The notes: generated by a model not told the origin, from the sequence alone. A stretch of DNA of 64,000 bases from an uncultured Dehalococcoidaceae bacterium (GCA_964565075.1 CAZMCK010000010.1:299-64298), one strand, 5' to 3'; shown: positions 20,167 through 31,483, numbered from the stretch's first letter. Made by a program: numbers and translations.

Positions 20167-21315
20167 TCAGTCGAGGGGGTCGGGCCCGAGGTCGTGGTCG
20201 ACGAGGAGGTCCCCGAGGCGGCGGCGGTGCCAGCGCGGGCTGCCAAGCTGGTGGTACAGCGACCGCGAGAGCTGCGTGTAGAGCGTCAGGCCGTACTCGT
20301 GCATCACGCCCACGCCGGCGTGCACCTCGTGCGAGAAGTTCACCGCCTGCACGAACCCCTCGCTCGCCACCGCCTTCGCGAGGTGCGAGGCGACCTCGCC
20401 CCCGGATTTGTCCTCGTCGAGCCGCCACAGCGCCTCGTACGTCGTCCAGCGGGACGCGTCGACGTGGTTCACGAGCTGGATGATGTGGTTCTGGACGTGC
20501 TGGAAGCGCCCGATCGGCTGGCCGAACTGCCGTCGCTCGCGGCTGTATTCGACGGCCAGGTCGAACGCGGCCTGCCCGCCACCGACCTGGTAGGCGCACA
20601 GCACCGGCGTCGCGCGTGTGAGCGCGCGCTCCAGCGGCGCCTCGGCCGCCCCGGCCTCACCGAGCACCGCAGAGATGGGCGCCCGCACGCCCTCGAACCG
20701 CACGACGCACTCCGAGCCTGTGAAACCGTCGAGCCGGCGTACCGACACCCCGGGAGTCGCAGCGTCGACGAAGAGCAGTGAGAGCCCTGCGTCGTCGCCG
20801 GTGCGGACGGCGACGATGAAGTGCGTCGCGCCGATCGCGTCGTGGACGAACAGCTTCACGCCGTCGAGGACGTAGTCGCCGCCGCTCTCGTGTGCGCGCA
20901 TGTGCACGCCCTCTGCGCCCCAGCCGTAGGCGGCCTCGGTGAGCGCGAGGACGGCGATGGCCTGGCCGCTCGCGATGCGCGGTAGCAGCGTCGCGCGCTG
21001 CTCCTCGGTGCCCACCTCCTCGACGATCAGCGCCGAGACCACGGCGGAGGAGACGAACGGGCCGGGCAGCGCCGCGTACCCGAACGCCTCGAAGAGCACG
21101 GCCGCGTCGGTCAGCCCCATTCCCGCGCCGCCGTAACGCTCGGGCACGGCGGCGCCGAGCCAGCCGAGCTCGGCTACGCGCGTGTAGTGCTCGGGCGAGA
21201 AGCCGAGGTCGCTGTCGGCAAGCTCGACCACCTCCTCGCGAGTCGCCTCGCGAGAGACGAAGTCCTCGACGCTCTGTTTGAGGAGCTGCTGCTCCTCGGT
21301 GAGTGAGAGGTCCAC
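20167..21315 (-). CDS. acyl-CoA dehydrogenase family protein
   Basis: Full-length ACAD architecture (N-terminal alpha, middle beta, C-terminal alpha) with a conserved ...GG.G...E... active-site region. Confidence 0.85.
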   Translation of the reverse strand: MDLSLTEEQQLLKQSVEDFVSREATREEVVELADSDLGFSPEHYTRVAELGWLGAAVPERYGGAGMGLTDAAVLFEAFGYAALPGPFVSSAVVSALIVEEVGTEEQRATLLPRIASGQAIAVLALTEAAYGWGAEGVHMRAHESGGDYVLDGVKLFVHDAIGATHFIVAVRTGDDAGLSLLFVDAATPGVSVRRLDGFTGSECVVRFEGVRAPISAVLGEAGAAEAPLERALTRATPVLCAYQVGGGQAAFDLAVEYSRERRQFGQPIGRFQHVQNHIIQLVNHVDASRWTTYEALWRLDEDKSGGEVASHLAKAVASEGFVQAVNFSHEVHAGVGVMHEYGLTLYTQLSRSLYHQLGSPRWHRRRLGDLLVDHDLGPDPLD

Positions 21316-21321
21316 GGCCGG

Positions 21322-22542
21322 CTACTCGACCGTCTTGCCGGCGCGCTCGCGCACCTCGCGGCCGATGCCGATGCGGCGCGCCATGATGACCTTCTGGATG
21401 TCTGCCGTGCCGCCCGGGTGGAGCTGCACGATCGCGTTGCGCTGGAACGAGGCGAACCAGCCCTGCGCGTCGTCGAACTCCTCGGTGTCGTCGAGCAGCG
21501 TGTAGGGGCCGAGGAGCTCGAGCAGCGTCTGCGCGACGCGGAGGTTGCTCATCTTGCGGTAGTACGAGGCCTGCGGGCCCTCGTAGCTCATTTCCTCGTG
21601 CGAGCGGTTCATCCAGAAGTTGCGCAGGTCCAGCAGCCGCTGCACCTCCGTCTCCATGAACACGTCGGCCAGGAGCCCGCGCGACTCGGCGTCGTCGAGG
21701 GGGTGCGAGCCGTTCGAGGGCAGCGAGCGCAGCCGATCGCGCGTGCGCTCGAACGTGACGTTTCGGCCGATGCGCCCGCCCGAGCCGTGCTCCAGCTCGA
21801 GGTGCGTGCTGGCGACCGCCCACCCGTTGTTCTCGCCACCGACGAGGTTCTCGGCGGGGACGCGGACGTTGTCGAAGTAGATCGTGTTCTTGTAGCCGCT
21901 GCCGATGCCCTCGCCGCCGTCGCCGAGCAGGTACATGCGCTCGACGGTGATGCCGGGGAGGTCGGCGGGGATCATGAACCAGCTCACGTTCTGGTGGCGC
22001 GGCGCCTCGCGGTCGGTGCGGACGATGGTCCAGAACGAGTCGGCGCCGTGGGAGCCGCCGATGAAGATCTTCGTGCCGTTGATGACGTACTCGTCGCCGT
22101 CGCGGACGGCGTCTGTCTCCGTCGAGGCGAGGTCGGAGCCGGCCTCGGGACCGGTGAGGAGCTGCCACGTGACGGTCTCGCCGCGGAAGATCGGGGGCAG
22201 GAGCCGCCGCTTCTGCTCCTCGCTGCCCCAGACCAGGATGCTGGCGCCGCCGAGACTGCCGCCGCTGTCGTAGTAGGGCGGCATGGTGAGGTTGTGGCGG
22301 TCCATCTCCTCGGCGAGGACGATGGCGTGGTCGATGCTGAGCCCGCCGCCGCCGTACTCGGTGGGAGCGGTCGGCCGGAGCCAGCCCTGCTCGCCAAGGT
22401 CACGGCCGAGCTGGCGGTACTTCGCGTAGTTCTCGTCGGAGTCCTGGTCGCCCTCGACCTGCGGGACGTGGTCGGCAAGCCACGCGCGCACCTCGGCGCG
22501 GAAGGCTCGCTGCTCGGGCGTGTATGCGGGCTCGAAGTCCAC
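21322..22542 (-). CDS. acyl-CoA dehydrogenase family protein
   Basis: ACAD fold with YGGGGLSIDH, GSDLAS and IFIGGSHGAD motifs. Tandem with the previous ACAD gene. Confidence 0.85.
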   Translation of the reverse strand: MDFEPAYTPEQRAFRAEVRAWLADHVPQVEGDQDSDENYAKYRQLGRDLGEQGWLRPTAPTEYGGGGLSIDHAIVLAEEMDRHNLTMPPYYDSGGSLGGASILVWGSEEQKRRLLPPIFRGETVTWQLLTGPEAGSDLASTETDAVRDGDEYVINGTKIFIGGSHGADSFWTIVRTDREAPRHQNVSWFMIPADLPGITVERMYLLGDGGEGIGSGYKNTIYFDNVRVPAENLVGGENNGWAVASTHLELEHGSGGRIGRNVTFERTRDRLRSLPSNGSHPLDDAESRGLLADVFMETEVQRLLDLRNFWMNRSHEEMSYEGPQASYYRKMSNLRVAQTLLELLGPYTLLDDTEEFDDAQGWFASFQRNAIVQLHPGGTADIQKVIMARRIGIGREVRERAGKTVE

Positions 22543-22615
22543 GCTGTGGCTCCCCTCGCTGCCCGGCGAGCGTAGGGAGGGGCGTGGCGATGGTCAATGC
22601 GGCGCAGCGGGCGGA

Positions 22616-22900
22616 TCAGGCTTGCTCGAAGCCCCTCGCAGGAGGTCGCACGGATACTACGAGCTCACCCGCCGCCACGATGGCGACTGGAAGCGGATCG
22701 CCATGTTCCTCACAGGATGCGATGTAGTCCGCAGCTACGCCTTCGAGGATGAAGAGAGCTTCTTCGGCAGTCGTACCCCACGCCCGACAGCCCGGGAGCA
22801 CGGGCACCTCCGCGAGGTACATGTCCTCGGTTTCCGGGCACGGCGCCTTCAATGTGTAGGGGAGCCTGTATTGCTCCGGCATCCGTTCCTCCGGCGACAT
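22616..22900 (-). CDS. HicB-family antitoxin-like protein (orphan)
   Basis: YLAEVPVLPGCRAWGTTAEEALFILEGVAADYIAS matches the HicB/UPF0150 RNase-H-like fold motif. No HicA-sized ORF fits in the flanks, which are 72 bp downstream and 86 bp upstream. Confidence 0.45.
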   Translation of the reverse strand: MSPEERMPEQYRLPYTLKAPCPETEDMYLAEVPVLPGCRAWGTTAEEALFILEGVAADYIASCEEHGDPLPVAIVAAGELVVSVRPPARGFEQA

Positions 22901-22986
22901 GCCATGATCCGCACGTCGAGGATACGGAAGTCCGCGGCGGCTGTGGCACAGCGCGAACACTCCTCCCGCGGCGCTACACTGGACGC

Positions 22987-24909
22987 ATGACCTCCTCCAC
23001 CGTCCTCCAGCAGGCCCGCGCTCTCCCCGAGCGCCCCGGCGTCTACCTCATGAAGAACGAGCGCGCCGAGGTCATCTACGTCGGCAAGGCCAAGCGACTG
23101 CGCTCCCGCGTCCGCTCCTACTTCGGCTCCGGCCGCAGCCTCGAACCGAAGGTCCACGCGCTCGTCCAACAGATCGAGACGCTCGACCACGTCGTCACGG
23201 CCAACGAGGCGGAGGCGATGATGCTGGAGGCGACGCTGGTGAAGCGCCACCAGCCCGTGTACAACGTCCGCCTCAAGGACGACAAGCACTACCCCTACCT
23301 CAAGGTCGACGTCCAGCACGATTGGCCGCGCGTCACCATCACCCGGCGCGTCGAGGAGGACGGCGCGCGCTACTTCGGGCCCTACGCCTCGGCGGGCTCG
23401 GTGCGGCGCACGCTCGACGTGGTCAAGAAGCTCTTCCCGTGGCGGTCGTGCTCCAAGGAGATCACCGGCGACGACCCCCGCCCCTGCCTCGACTACTACA
23501 TCAAGCGCTGCATCGCCCCCTGCACCAGCTACTGCACCGAGGAAGAGTACCGGGGGGTCATCGACCAGACGCTGCTCTTCCTCGAGGGCCGCAGCCGCGA
23601 GGTGTTGCAGGGCGTCGAGTCGGAGATGCGCGAGGCCTCCGACTCCCTCGAGTTCGAGCGCGCCGCACGGCTACGCGACCAGGCGCAGGCGATCCGCAGC
23701 GTCACCGAGCGCCAGCGCATGGCCACCACCTCGTCCCTCGACGCCGACGTCTTCGCGCTCGCGCGCGACGGCGACGAGGCGTGCGTCCACGTCTTCTTCG
23801 TGCGCGGCACCGTCGTCGCCGACACGGACTCGTTCACCCTCGACGGCGCGACCGACGCGAGCGACGCCGAGGTGCTGGGCGCGTTCCTCGCGCAGTTCTT
23901 CGAGTCGGCCACCTACATCCCGCGCACCGTGCTGCTCTCGCACGCTCCCGCCGACCGCGAGGAGCTGCGGGCGGCGCTGCGCGAGCGCCGCGGACGCGCG
24001 GTCGACATCGCGGTGCCGGAGCGCGGCGAGCTGCGCGCGCTGGTCGCGACCGCCGAGGAGAACGCGCGCGAGGCGCTCGCGATGCAGCGCGTGCGCTGGC
24101 TCGCCAACCGCGACAAGACCGAGGCCGCGCTCTCGCTGCTGCAGGACGAACTCGACCTCCCGGAGCGGCCTCGGCGCATCGAGTGTTATGACATCTCCAC
24201 CATCCAGGGCAGCAACACCGTGGCGTCGATGGTGGTGTTCGAGGACGGCAGCCCGCGCAACCGCGAGTACCGGCGCTTCCGCATCAAGACCGTCGAGGGC
24301 CAGGACGACTTCGCCTCGATGCGCGAGGTGCTGACGCGCCGCTTCGGCCGCCTCGCACGCTCGCGCGAGGAGACGAAGGCCCTCCCCGCCGGCGAGCAGC
24401 CGGCAGGCGAGCAGCCCGACGCGGACGAGCCGACTGCCGAGGAGCCAGCCGCCGGGGAGCCCGACGAGCAGAGCCCATGGGACATCGCGCCCGACCTCGT
24501 CGTCATCGACGGCGGGAAGGGGCAGCTCGGCGCGGCGCTCGACGTCATGCGCGACCTCGCGCTCGGCGAGGTGCCCGTGTGCGGGCTCGCGAAGCGCGAG
24601 GAGGAGGTCTTCGTCGCCGACGTGGACGAGCCGATCGTGCTGCCTCGAACGTCCGAGGCGCTCTACCTGCTGCAGCGCGTCCGCGACGAGGCGCACCGCT
24701 TCGCCATCACCTACCACCGCACGCTGCGCGGCAAGCAGACGCGGCGCTCGGCCCTGGACGCGGTTCCCGGCGTCGGCCCGAAGCGCAAGCGCGCGCTGCT
24801 GCGCAAGTTCGGCTCGGTGAAGGCCATCCGGGGCGCCAGCGTCGACGAGATCGCCGCCGTCGAGGGCTTCAGCACGCGCTTGGCGGAGACCGTCAAGCGC
24901 ACGCTGTAG
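22987..24909 (+). CDS. uvrC: excinuclease ABC subunit C
   Basis: GIY-YIG N-terminus (GVYLMKNERAEVIYVGKAKRLRSRVRSY), UvrBC-interaction and RNase-H-like regions, and a C-terminal HhH. The track ORF carries a 45-codon upstream artefact. Confidence 0.95.
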   Translation: MTSSTVLQQARALPERPGVYLMKNERAEVIYVGKAKRLRSRVRSYFGSGRSLEPKVHALVQQIETLDHVVTANEAEAMMLEATLVKRHQPVYNVRLKDDKHYPYLKVDVQHDWPRVTITRRVEEDGARYFGPYASAGSVRRTLDVVKKLFPWRSCSKEITGDDPRPCLDYYIKRCIAPCTSYCTEEEYRGVIDQTLLFLEGRSREVLQGVESEMREASDSLEFERAARLRDQAQAIRSVTERQRMATTSSLDADVFALARDGDEACVHVFFVRGTVVADTDSFTLDGATDASDAEVLGAFLAQFFESATYIPRTVLLSHAPADREELRAALRERRGRAVDIAVPERGELRALVATAEENAREALAMQRVRWLANRDKTEAALSLLQDELDLPERPRRIECYDISTIQGSNTVASMVVFEDGSPRNREYRRFRIKTVEGQDDFASMREVLTRRFGRLARSREETKALPAGEQPAGEQPDADEPTAEEPAAGEPDEQSPWDIAPDLVVIDGGKGQLGAALDVMRDLALGEVPVCGLAKREEEVFVADVDEPIVLPRTSEALYLLQRVRDEAHRFAITYHRTLRGKQTRRSALDAVPGVGPKRKRALLRKFGSVKAIRGASVDEIAAVEGFSTRLAETVKRTL

Positions 24910-24929
24910 CCGCCGGCGCATCCGCCTCG

Positions 24930-25634
24930 ATGGCTCCTCGTCTGCGCGGCGGGAACGGCGCCGGCCCCGCCCCGGCGGACTCGCGGCGCGACCGCGCCGA
25001 GGAGCGCATGCTGCGCCTCATCCGCCGGCACGTGCGGGACCGGCGAGTCCTGGACGCGATGCGCGCCGTGCCCCGCGACGAGTTCGTACCCCCCGGCGTG
25101 CGCCGCCACGCATTCGACGACAGCGCGCTCCCCATCGGGAGCGGCCAGACCATCTCGCAGCCGCTGATCGTGGCGATGATGTCCGAGGCGGCGAGCCTCG
25201 ACGGCGACGAGCGCGTGCTGGAGATCGGGACGGGCTCGGGGTACCAAGCCGCGGTGCTGGCCCGCCTCGCGCGCGAGGTGGTCACCGTGGAGCGCGTCGG
25301 CGTGCTGCGGCGTCGCGCGCGCGTGACGTTGGGGCGGCTCGGGATCCGCAACGTGCGGTGCCGGGTGGCCGGGGCGCACCTCGGCGCCCCCGACGACGCG
25401 CCGTTCGACGCGATCATGGTGACGGCGGCCGCGCCCGATGTGCCCGAGACCCTCTTCGACCAGCTCGCGGACGGCGGACGTCTCGTGATCCCGGTCGGTC
25501 AGCGGACGGAGCAGGAGCTCCTCGTGGTCACCAGGCGTGGGGACCGGATGCGGCGTCGATCACTCGGCGGTTGCCGGTTCGTGCCGCTGATCGGGGAGGG
25601 CGGATTCCCGGAAGAAGGGGGCTCTCCCTCTTGA
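24930..25634 (+). CDS. pcm: protein-L-isoaspartate O-methyltransferase
   Basis: QTISQPLIVAMM and VLEIGTGSGYQAAVLA (SAM motif I) plus the typical ~220-aa length. The track ORF's upstream 151 codons are Arg-rich GC artefact. A later Met (MLRLIRRHV) is an alternative start. Confidence 0.85.
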   Translation: MAPRLRGGNGAGPAPADSRRDRAEERMLRLIRRHVRDRRVLDAMRAVPRDEFVPPGVRRHAFDDSALPIGSGQTISQPLIVAMMSEAASLDGDERVLEIGTGSGYQAAVLARLAREVVTVERVGVLRRRARVTLGRLGIRNVRCRVAGAHLGAPDDAPFDAIMVTAAAPDVPETLFDQLADGGRLVIPVGQRTEQELLVVTRRGDRMRRRSLGGCRFVPLIGEGGFPEEGGSPS

Positions 25635-25670
25635 CAATGGGGGAACGCCGGGAATGGCACGATCGTGATT

Positions 25671-25685
25671 TTCCCACAGTGGGAA
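25671..25685. promoter_or_regulatory. perfect palindrome TTCCCAcagTGGGAA upstream of xerD
   Basis: 6-bp arms with a 3-bp spacer, 64 bp upstream of the xerD start, near a TATACT -10-like hexamer at about 25697. Candidate operator. Confidence 0.25.
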
Positions 25686-25748
25686 ACCTGTCCCTGTATA
25701 CTCGCGGCTCGCGAGACAGAATGTGGCGAGCCTGGTGGGGGGCCCCGG

Positions 25749-26660
25749 GTGGAGGACCGGATCGACGCGTTCCTGCACTACATGTCCGCCGAGCGCGGAT
25801 CGTCCCGGAATACCATCGACGCCTACCGGAACGACCTCACCCGCTTCGCCTCCTTCGCCGCCGAGCGCGCCGGTAACCGCGACATCCCCGATGCCGGCTC
25901 CATCGACCGTGACCTGATCACCGGCTACGTCGGCTGGCTCGGCGAACGCGGGTACGCGCCCGCGACCATCGCCCGCAAGGTCGCGGCCGTGAAGTCGTTC
26001 TGCGGCTACCTCCTCGACCACGGCGACCTCACCGAGAACCCCACCGCCTCGATCGACTCGCCGCGCGCGCCCAAGGCCACGCCCAAGCCCCTCTCGACGC
26101 AGGAGGTCGACGCGCTGCTTCAGCAGCCGCTCACCTCCGACACACCCGAGGCGATCCGCGACTCGAGCATGCTCGAGCTGATGTACGCCACCGGGATGCG
26201 CGTCACGGAACTCGTCTCGCTCAACCTCGAGAGCCTGCACCTCACACCTCGCCCCGGCTCGGTGCGCTGCATCGGCAAAGGCGACCGCGAGCGCACCATC
26301 CCCGTCTACGACAAGGCCATGGACGCCGTGGAGCGCTACCTCGACGAGTCTCGTCCGAGGCTGCTCAAGGGCCGCCCGCAGGAGGCGCTGTTCGTGAACC
26401 GGCGCGGCGAGCGCCTGACGCGGCAGGGCTTCTGGATGATCCTCAAGAACTACGCCCGGGCCGCCGAGATCGGCTCGCGCGTCACGCCGCACACCCTGCG
26501 CCACTCGTTCGCCACGCACATGCTGCGCGGCGGCGCCTCGGTCCGCGACGTGCAGGAGCTGCTCGGTCACGCCAACGTCTCGACCACGCAGATCTACACG
26601 CGCCTCGCCGACAGCCACCTCCGCGAGGTCTTCGAGCAGGCCCACCCGCGCGCGAACTAG
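25749..26660 (+). CDS. xerD: site-specific tyrosine recombinase XerD
   Basis: N-terminal core-binding domain and a C-terminal catalytic domain with R...HxxR...Y (TPHTLRHSFATHML...IYT) residues. About 303 aa from the GTG. Confidence 0.85.
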   Translation: MEDRIDAFLHYMSAERGSSRNTIDAYRNDLTRFASFAAERAGNRDIPDAGSIDRDLITGYVGWLGERGYAPATIARKVAAVKSFCGYLLDHGDLTENPTASIDSPRAPKATPKPLSTQEVDALLQQPLTSDTPEAIRDSSMLELMYATGMRVTELVSLNLESLHLTPRPGSVRCIGKGDRERTIPVYDKAMDAVERYLDESRPRLLKGRPQEALFVNRRGERLTRQGFWMILKNYARAAEIGSRVTPHTLRHSFATHMLRGGASVRDVQELLGHANVSTTQIYTRLADSHLREVFEQAHPRAN

Positions 26661-26710
26661 CCCCCATCGGGCGGCTCCCGCCTTGTCCGAGCCCCGCCCC
26701 CGGCCGATGA

Positions 26711-28030
<1,320 letters not shown>

Positions 28031-28035
28031 CGGGG

Positions 28036-28081
28036 CACACCGAGAACCTGCCGCGCCGATCGGCGAGAATGCGGGCATGAC
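28036..28081. repeat. 46-bp direct repeat copy A (leader + ATGAC) upstream/start of RM gene
   Basis: CACACCGAGAACCTGCCGCGCCGATCGGCGAGAATGCGGGCATGAC. It matches 31438..31483 at 42 of 46 positions and contains the 10-bp palindrome GCCGATCGGC. Confidence 0.8.
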
Positions 28082-31000
28082 TACTACGGACGCTCGGCTG
28101 ACCAAGGCGGTCGAGGACTATCTGAGCGATCTCCGCAAGATCCGTGCGTCCGGCGGCGGGACGCCGGAACTCTCGTATCACCCACCCCTCATCAACCTCT
28201 TGAACGCGGTGGGCGGGGCGCTCAGGCCCAAGGTGTTCTGCATCAACGAGCTGTCCAACCAGGGCGCCGGCCACCCCGACATCGGCCTCTACTCAGGGCG
28301 CCAAGTACGTAAGGGACAGCCTCAGGAGGGCCAGCTCCCGGAGAGCGGCGTCCTTGAGGTGAAGTCGGCCGACGACGATGCGTGGCTGACCGCTGAGAGC
28401 GATCAGGTCAGCACTTACTGGGAGAAGTACCGACTGGTGCTCGTGACAAACACGCGCGACTTCGTCCTGCTCGGCGAAGACGCGAGTGGGAAGCCGGCGA
28501 AGCTAGAGACGTTCAGGCTGGCGGACTCAGCCGAGGCGTTCGAGAAGCGTCTGGAGCGGCCCCGTGTCTTCGCACGCGAGAGCGGGCCGTCGCTCGGCGA
28601 GTACCTCGGGCGGGCACTCTCTCACCGGGCGACGCTCGCGGAGCCACAGGACCTCGCGAAACTGCTCGCGTCATATGCGCGCGACGCGCTCGCGCGTGTC
28701 GAAGCGGCGGGCGATCCACCCTCGCTGAAGGCTGTGCGCGAGGCGCTGGAGGATGCGCTGGGGGTTCACTTCGAGGGTGACCGTGGCGCGGCCTTCTTCC
28801 GCTCCACGCTCGTGCAGACGCTCTTCTACGGCGTGTTCTCCGCGTGGGTGCTGTGGTCACGGCAGACTCCGCCGCCGAAGGGATCGTTCAACTGGCGCGA
28901 GTCCGTCTGGCACCTGCGCGCGCCCGTCCTGCGCGCGCTCTTCCAGCAGCTCTCCGACCCCGGCCGCCTCCAGTCGCTCGGCCTTGTCGAAGTGCTGGAC
29001 TGGACGGCTGACGCGCTGGACCGAGTGGATCGCGAGGCGTTCTTCAAACGCTTCAGCGAAGGCGAGGCGGTGCCGTACTTCTACGAGCCGTTCCTCGCGG
29101 AGTTCGACCCGCGACTCCGGAAGGATCTGGGAGTCTGGTACACCCCAATCGAGGTCGTGCGCTACATGGTCGCTCGCGTCGACCGGGCACTGAAGGACGA
29201 CCTCGATATCGCCGACGGTCTGGCGGCAGACAACGTCTACGTACTCGATCCATGCTGCGGCACGGGCGCCTACCTCGGCGAAGTGCTGCGTCGCATCGAC
29301 GCCAACCTGCGCGCAGGCGGGGCCGGAGCACTGACCGGGGCGCGCGTGAAGCGTGCCGCGATGGAGCGCGTCTTCGGCTTCGAGATCATGCCGGCGCCGT
29401 TCGTCGTGGCCCACCTGCAGGTGGGCCTCACGATGCAGGCGCTCGACGCACCGCTGTCCGAAGAGGACGACGAGCGGGCGGGCGTGTTCCTCACGAACGC
29501 ACTGACCGGCTGGGAGCCCACGACGCAGAAGCCGCTCCCCTTCAGCGAGCTTGAGGAGGAGCGCGACCGCGCCGACCGCGTGAAGCAGGATGTCCCGGTA
29601 CTCGTGATCCTCGGCAATCCCCCATACAACGGCTTCGCCGGTGTGGCCGTGGGCGAGGAACGGGAACTCTCCGAGGCCTACCGCGAGGTCAAGGATGTGC
29701 GTCCGCCAGAGGGCCAGGGCTTGAATGAGCTCTACGTGCGCTTCTTCCGCATGGCCGAACGCCGCATCGCCGAGAAGACGGGGCAAGGCGTGATCTGCTT
29801 CATCTCCGGCTACTCGTGGCTCGAGGGCCTTTCGTTCACCGGCATGCGCGAGCGCTACCTCGATGCGTTCGATGTAATCCGCATCGACAACCTCCACGGA
29901 GACAAGTACAGCTCCGGCAAGACCACGCCGGACGGCAAGCCGGACCCAAGCATCTTCTCGGCGCGCGAAGACCCTGTTGGTATCCAGGTCGGGACGGCAA
30001 TCGCGACGCTGGTACGCAAGGCGGACCACGAACCGACGGCGGTGATTCGGTATCGCGATCTCTGGGGTATCGGGAAGCGAGAACGGCTGCAGCGAGACGC
30101 GCCGCGCGTCCCGCGGTACGCCCGCATCAGGCCACAACTCGCCATTGGCCTACCGTTCAAGCCCATCGCATTTAGCAAGGAATGGCCTGGTTGGCCGTCG
30201 TTACCTGATCTATTCTCGGCCTCGTTCCCCGGCGTGAAGACAAGCCGAGACGCGTTCCTCGTTGACGTCGACCGGGACCGGCTCGAGGCGCGCGTGACTG
30301 AGTACTTCGATGCGGACGTGAGTCACGCGGAGCTAGGGAGTCGGCACACGGGGATGATGCGAGCCATGGCGCGATCCGACGCGCGCGCGACGCGGGACAG
30401 CCTTGTCCTGCGAGGCGGTCCTGTGGAGTCCGGATTCGTCCGGTATGCCTACCGGCCATTCGACAACCGCTGGTTGTACTGGGAGGCGGACGGCGGCCTC
30501 CTCGATCGTCCACGTCCAAACTACGTGCCGCATGTGTTCGAGAGGAACATGTTCATCGAAGCACGTGAGCGGGAAGCGCAGGAAGACTTCTCACGGGGGA
30601 GCCTAGTCCGGAACTTGGGAGATAACTTCGGCAATGGGCTATCGAGCTGGTTCCCTGCCTGGCTTGTCGGCGAAGGACTCGGACTCGGGGTTGACGCATT
30701 AGGGCGTCGTCCGAATCTGTCAGATCCCGCGCAGAGCTACGTTGACCGGCTCGGTCTTGGTGTCGAAGACCTGTTCTACCACGTCCTAGCCACATTACAC
30801 GACCCGGCCTACCGCGAGGCCAACGCGGGAGCGCTACGCATGGAGTGGCCCCGGATCCCGCTCCCAGGCTGGCCGGACGGCGACGCGGAAGGCGCCGCGG
30901 ACGAACTCGCGGCGTCCGCAGCCCGCGGCCGTGAACTGGCCGCCCTCCTCGACGTCGACACGCCAGTTGAGGGCGTCACCACGGGCACGCTGCGCCCGGC

Positions 31001-31409
31001 GATGGCCGCTATCGGTGTACCGAGCACGGTCGACGGCGACAACATGGCCGGCGACGACTTCGCGCTGTCCGCTGGTTGGGGACACTTCGGTAGCGGTGAC
31101 GCTGTTATGCCGGGGCAGGGCAGCGTCGATGAGCGCCCACTCACGGCCAACGAACTGGACTCGCTGGGTGATGCGGTCGCAGCCCTCGGCGAAGCCACAC
31201 TCGACATTCACCTCAACGAGCGCGCGTATTGGCGCAACGTGCCCGCGGCTGTCTGGGACTACAGGCTCGGCGGCTACCAGGTACTCAAGAAGTGGCTCTC
31301 GTACCGTGAGCGCAAGGTCCTCGGTCGCGACCTCCGAGAGGACGAAGTCCGGCACTTCACGGATACCGCTAGGCGTATCGCCGCAATCCTCGTGCTGACC
31401 GGCAGCTAG
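28077..31409 (+). CDS. MmeI-like type IIL/IIG single-chain restriction-modification enzyme (N-terminal PD-ExK nuclease + gamma-class N6-adenine methyltransferase + target-recognition/C-terminal domain)
   Basis: N-terminus HPDIGLY...VLEVKSADD is a D...E-x-K nuclease motif. Methyltransferase motif I is VLDPCCGTGAYL and motif IV is VILGNPPYNGF. The C-terminal YRLGGYQVLKKWLSYRERKVLGRDL matches the conserved C-terminal helical segment of MmeI/PglX-family enzymes. No BREX partner genes are nearby. Confidence 0.7.
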   Translation: MTTTDARLTKAVEDYLSDLRKIRASGGGTPELSYHPPLINLLNAVGGALRPKVFCINELSNQGAGHPDIGLYSGRQVRKGQPQEGQLPESGVLEVKSADDDAWLTAESDQVSTYWEKYRLVLVTNTRDFVLLGEDASGKPAKLETFRLADSAEAFEKRLERPRVFARESGPSLGEYLGRALSHRATLAEPQDLAKLLASYARDALARVEAAGDPPSLKAVREALEDALGVHFEGDRGAAFFRSTLVQTLFYGVFSAWVLWSRQTPPPKGSFNWRESVWHLRAPVLRALFQQLSDPGRLQSLGLVEVLDWTADALDRVDREAFFKRFSEGEAVPYFYEPFLAEFDPRLRKDLGVWYTPIEVVRYMVARVDRALKDDLDIADGLAADNVYVLDPCCGTGAYLGEVLRRIDANLRAGGAGALTGARVKRAAMERVFGFEIMPAPFVVAHLQVGLTMQALDAPLSEEDDERAGVFLTNALTGWEPTTQKPLPFSELEEERDRADRVKQDVPVLVILGNPPYNGFAGVAVGEERELSEAYREVKDVRPPEGQGLNELYVRFFRMAERRIAEKTGQGVICFISGYSWLEGLSFTGMRERYLDAFDVIRIDNLHGDKYSSGKTTPDGKPDPSIFSAREDPVGIQVGTAIATLVRKADHEPTAVIRYRDLWGIGKRERLQRDAPRVPRYARIRPQLAIGLPFKPIAFSKEWPGWPSLPDLFSASFPGVKTSRDAFLVDVDRDRLEARVTEYFDADVSHAELGSRHTGMMRAMARSDARATRDSLVLRGGPVESGFVRYAYRPFDNRWLYWEADGGLLDRPRPNYVPHVFERNMFIEAREREAQEDFSRGSLVRNLGDNFGNGLSSWFPAWLVGEGLGLGVDALGRRPNLSDPAQSYVDRLGLGVEDLFYHVLATLHDPAYREANAGALRMEWPRIPLPGWPDGDAEGAADELAASAARGRELAALLDVDTPVEGVTTGTLRPAMAAIGVPSTVDGDNMAGDDFALSAGWGHFGSGDAVMPGQGSVDERPLTANELDSLGDAVAALGEATLDIHLNERAYWRNVPAAVWDYRLGGYQVLKKWLSYRERKVLGRDLREDEVRHFTDTARRIAAILVLTGS

Positions 31410-31437
31410 CATCGTCCGCTCTGGCACTCCCCACACC

Positions 31438-31483
31438 CACACCGAGAACCTGCCGCCCCGATCGGACAGAATGAGGGCATGAC
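31438..31483. repeat. 46-bp direct repeat copy B (leader + ATGAC) at start of downstream gene
   Basis: CACACCGAGAACCTGCCGCCCCGATCGGACAGAATGAGGGCATGAC. It contains the CCGATCGG palindrome and the ATG of ORF 31479. Confidence 0.8.

Noticed and set aside
25749-26660. XerD as a marker of an integrative mobile element near the RM gene
   Set aside because: The sequence and context (pcm upstream, eno downstream, about 300 aa, no att-like repeats) fit the chromosomal dimer-resolution recombinase, not a phage or ICE integrase.
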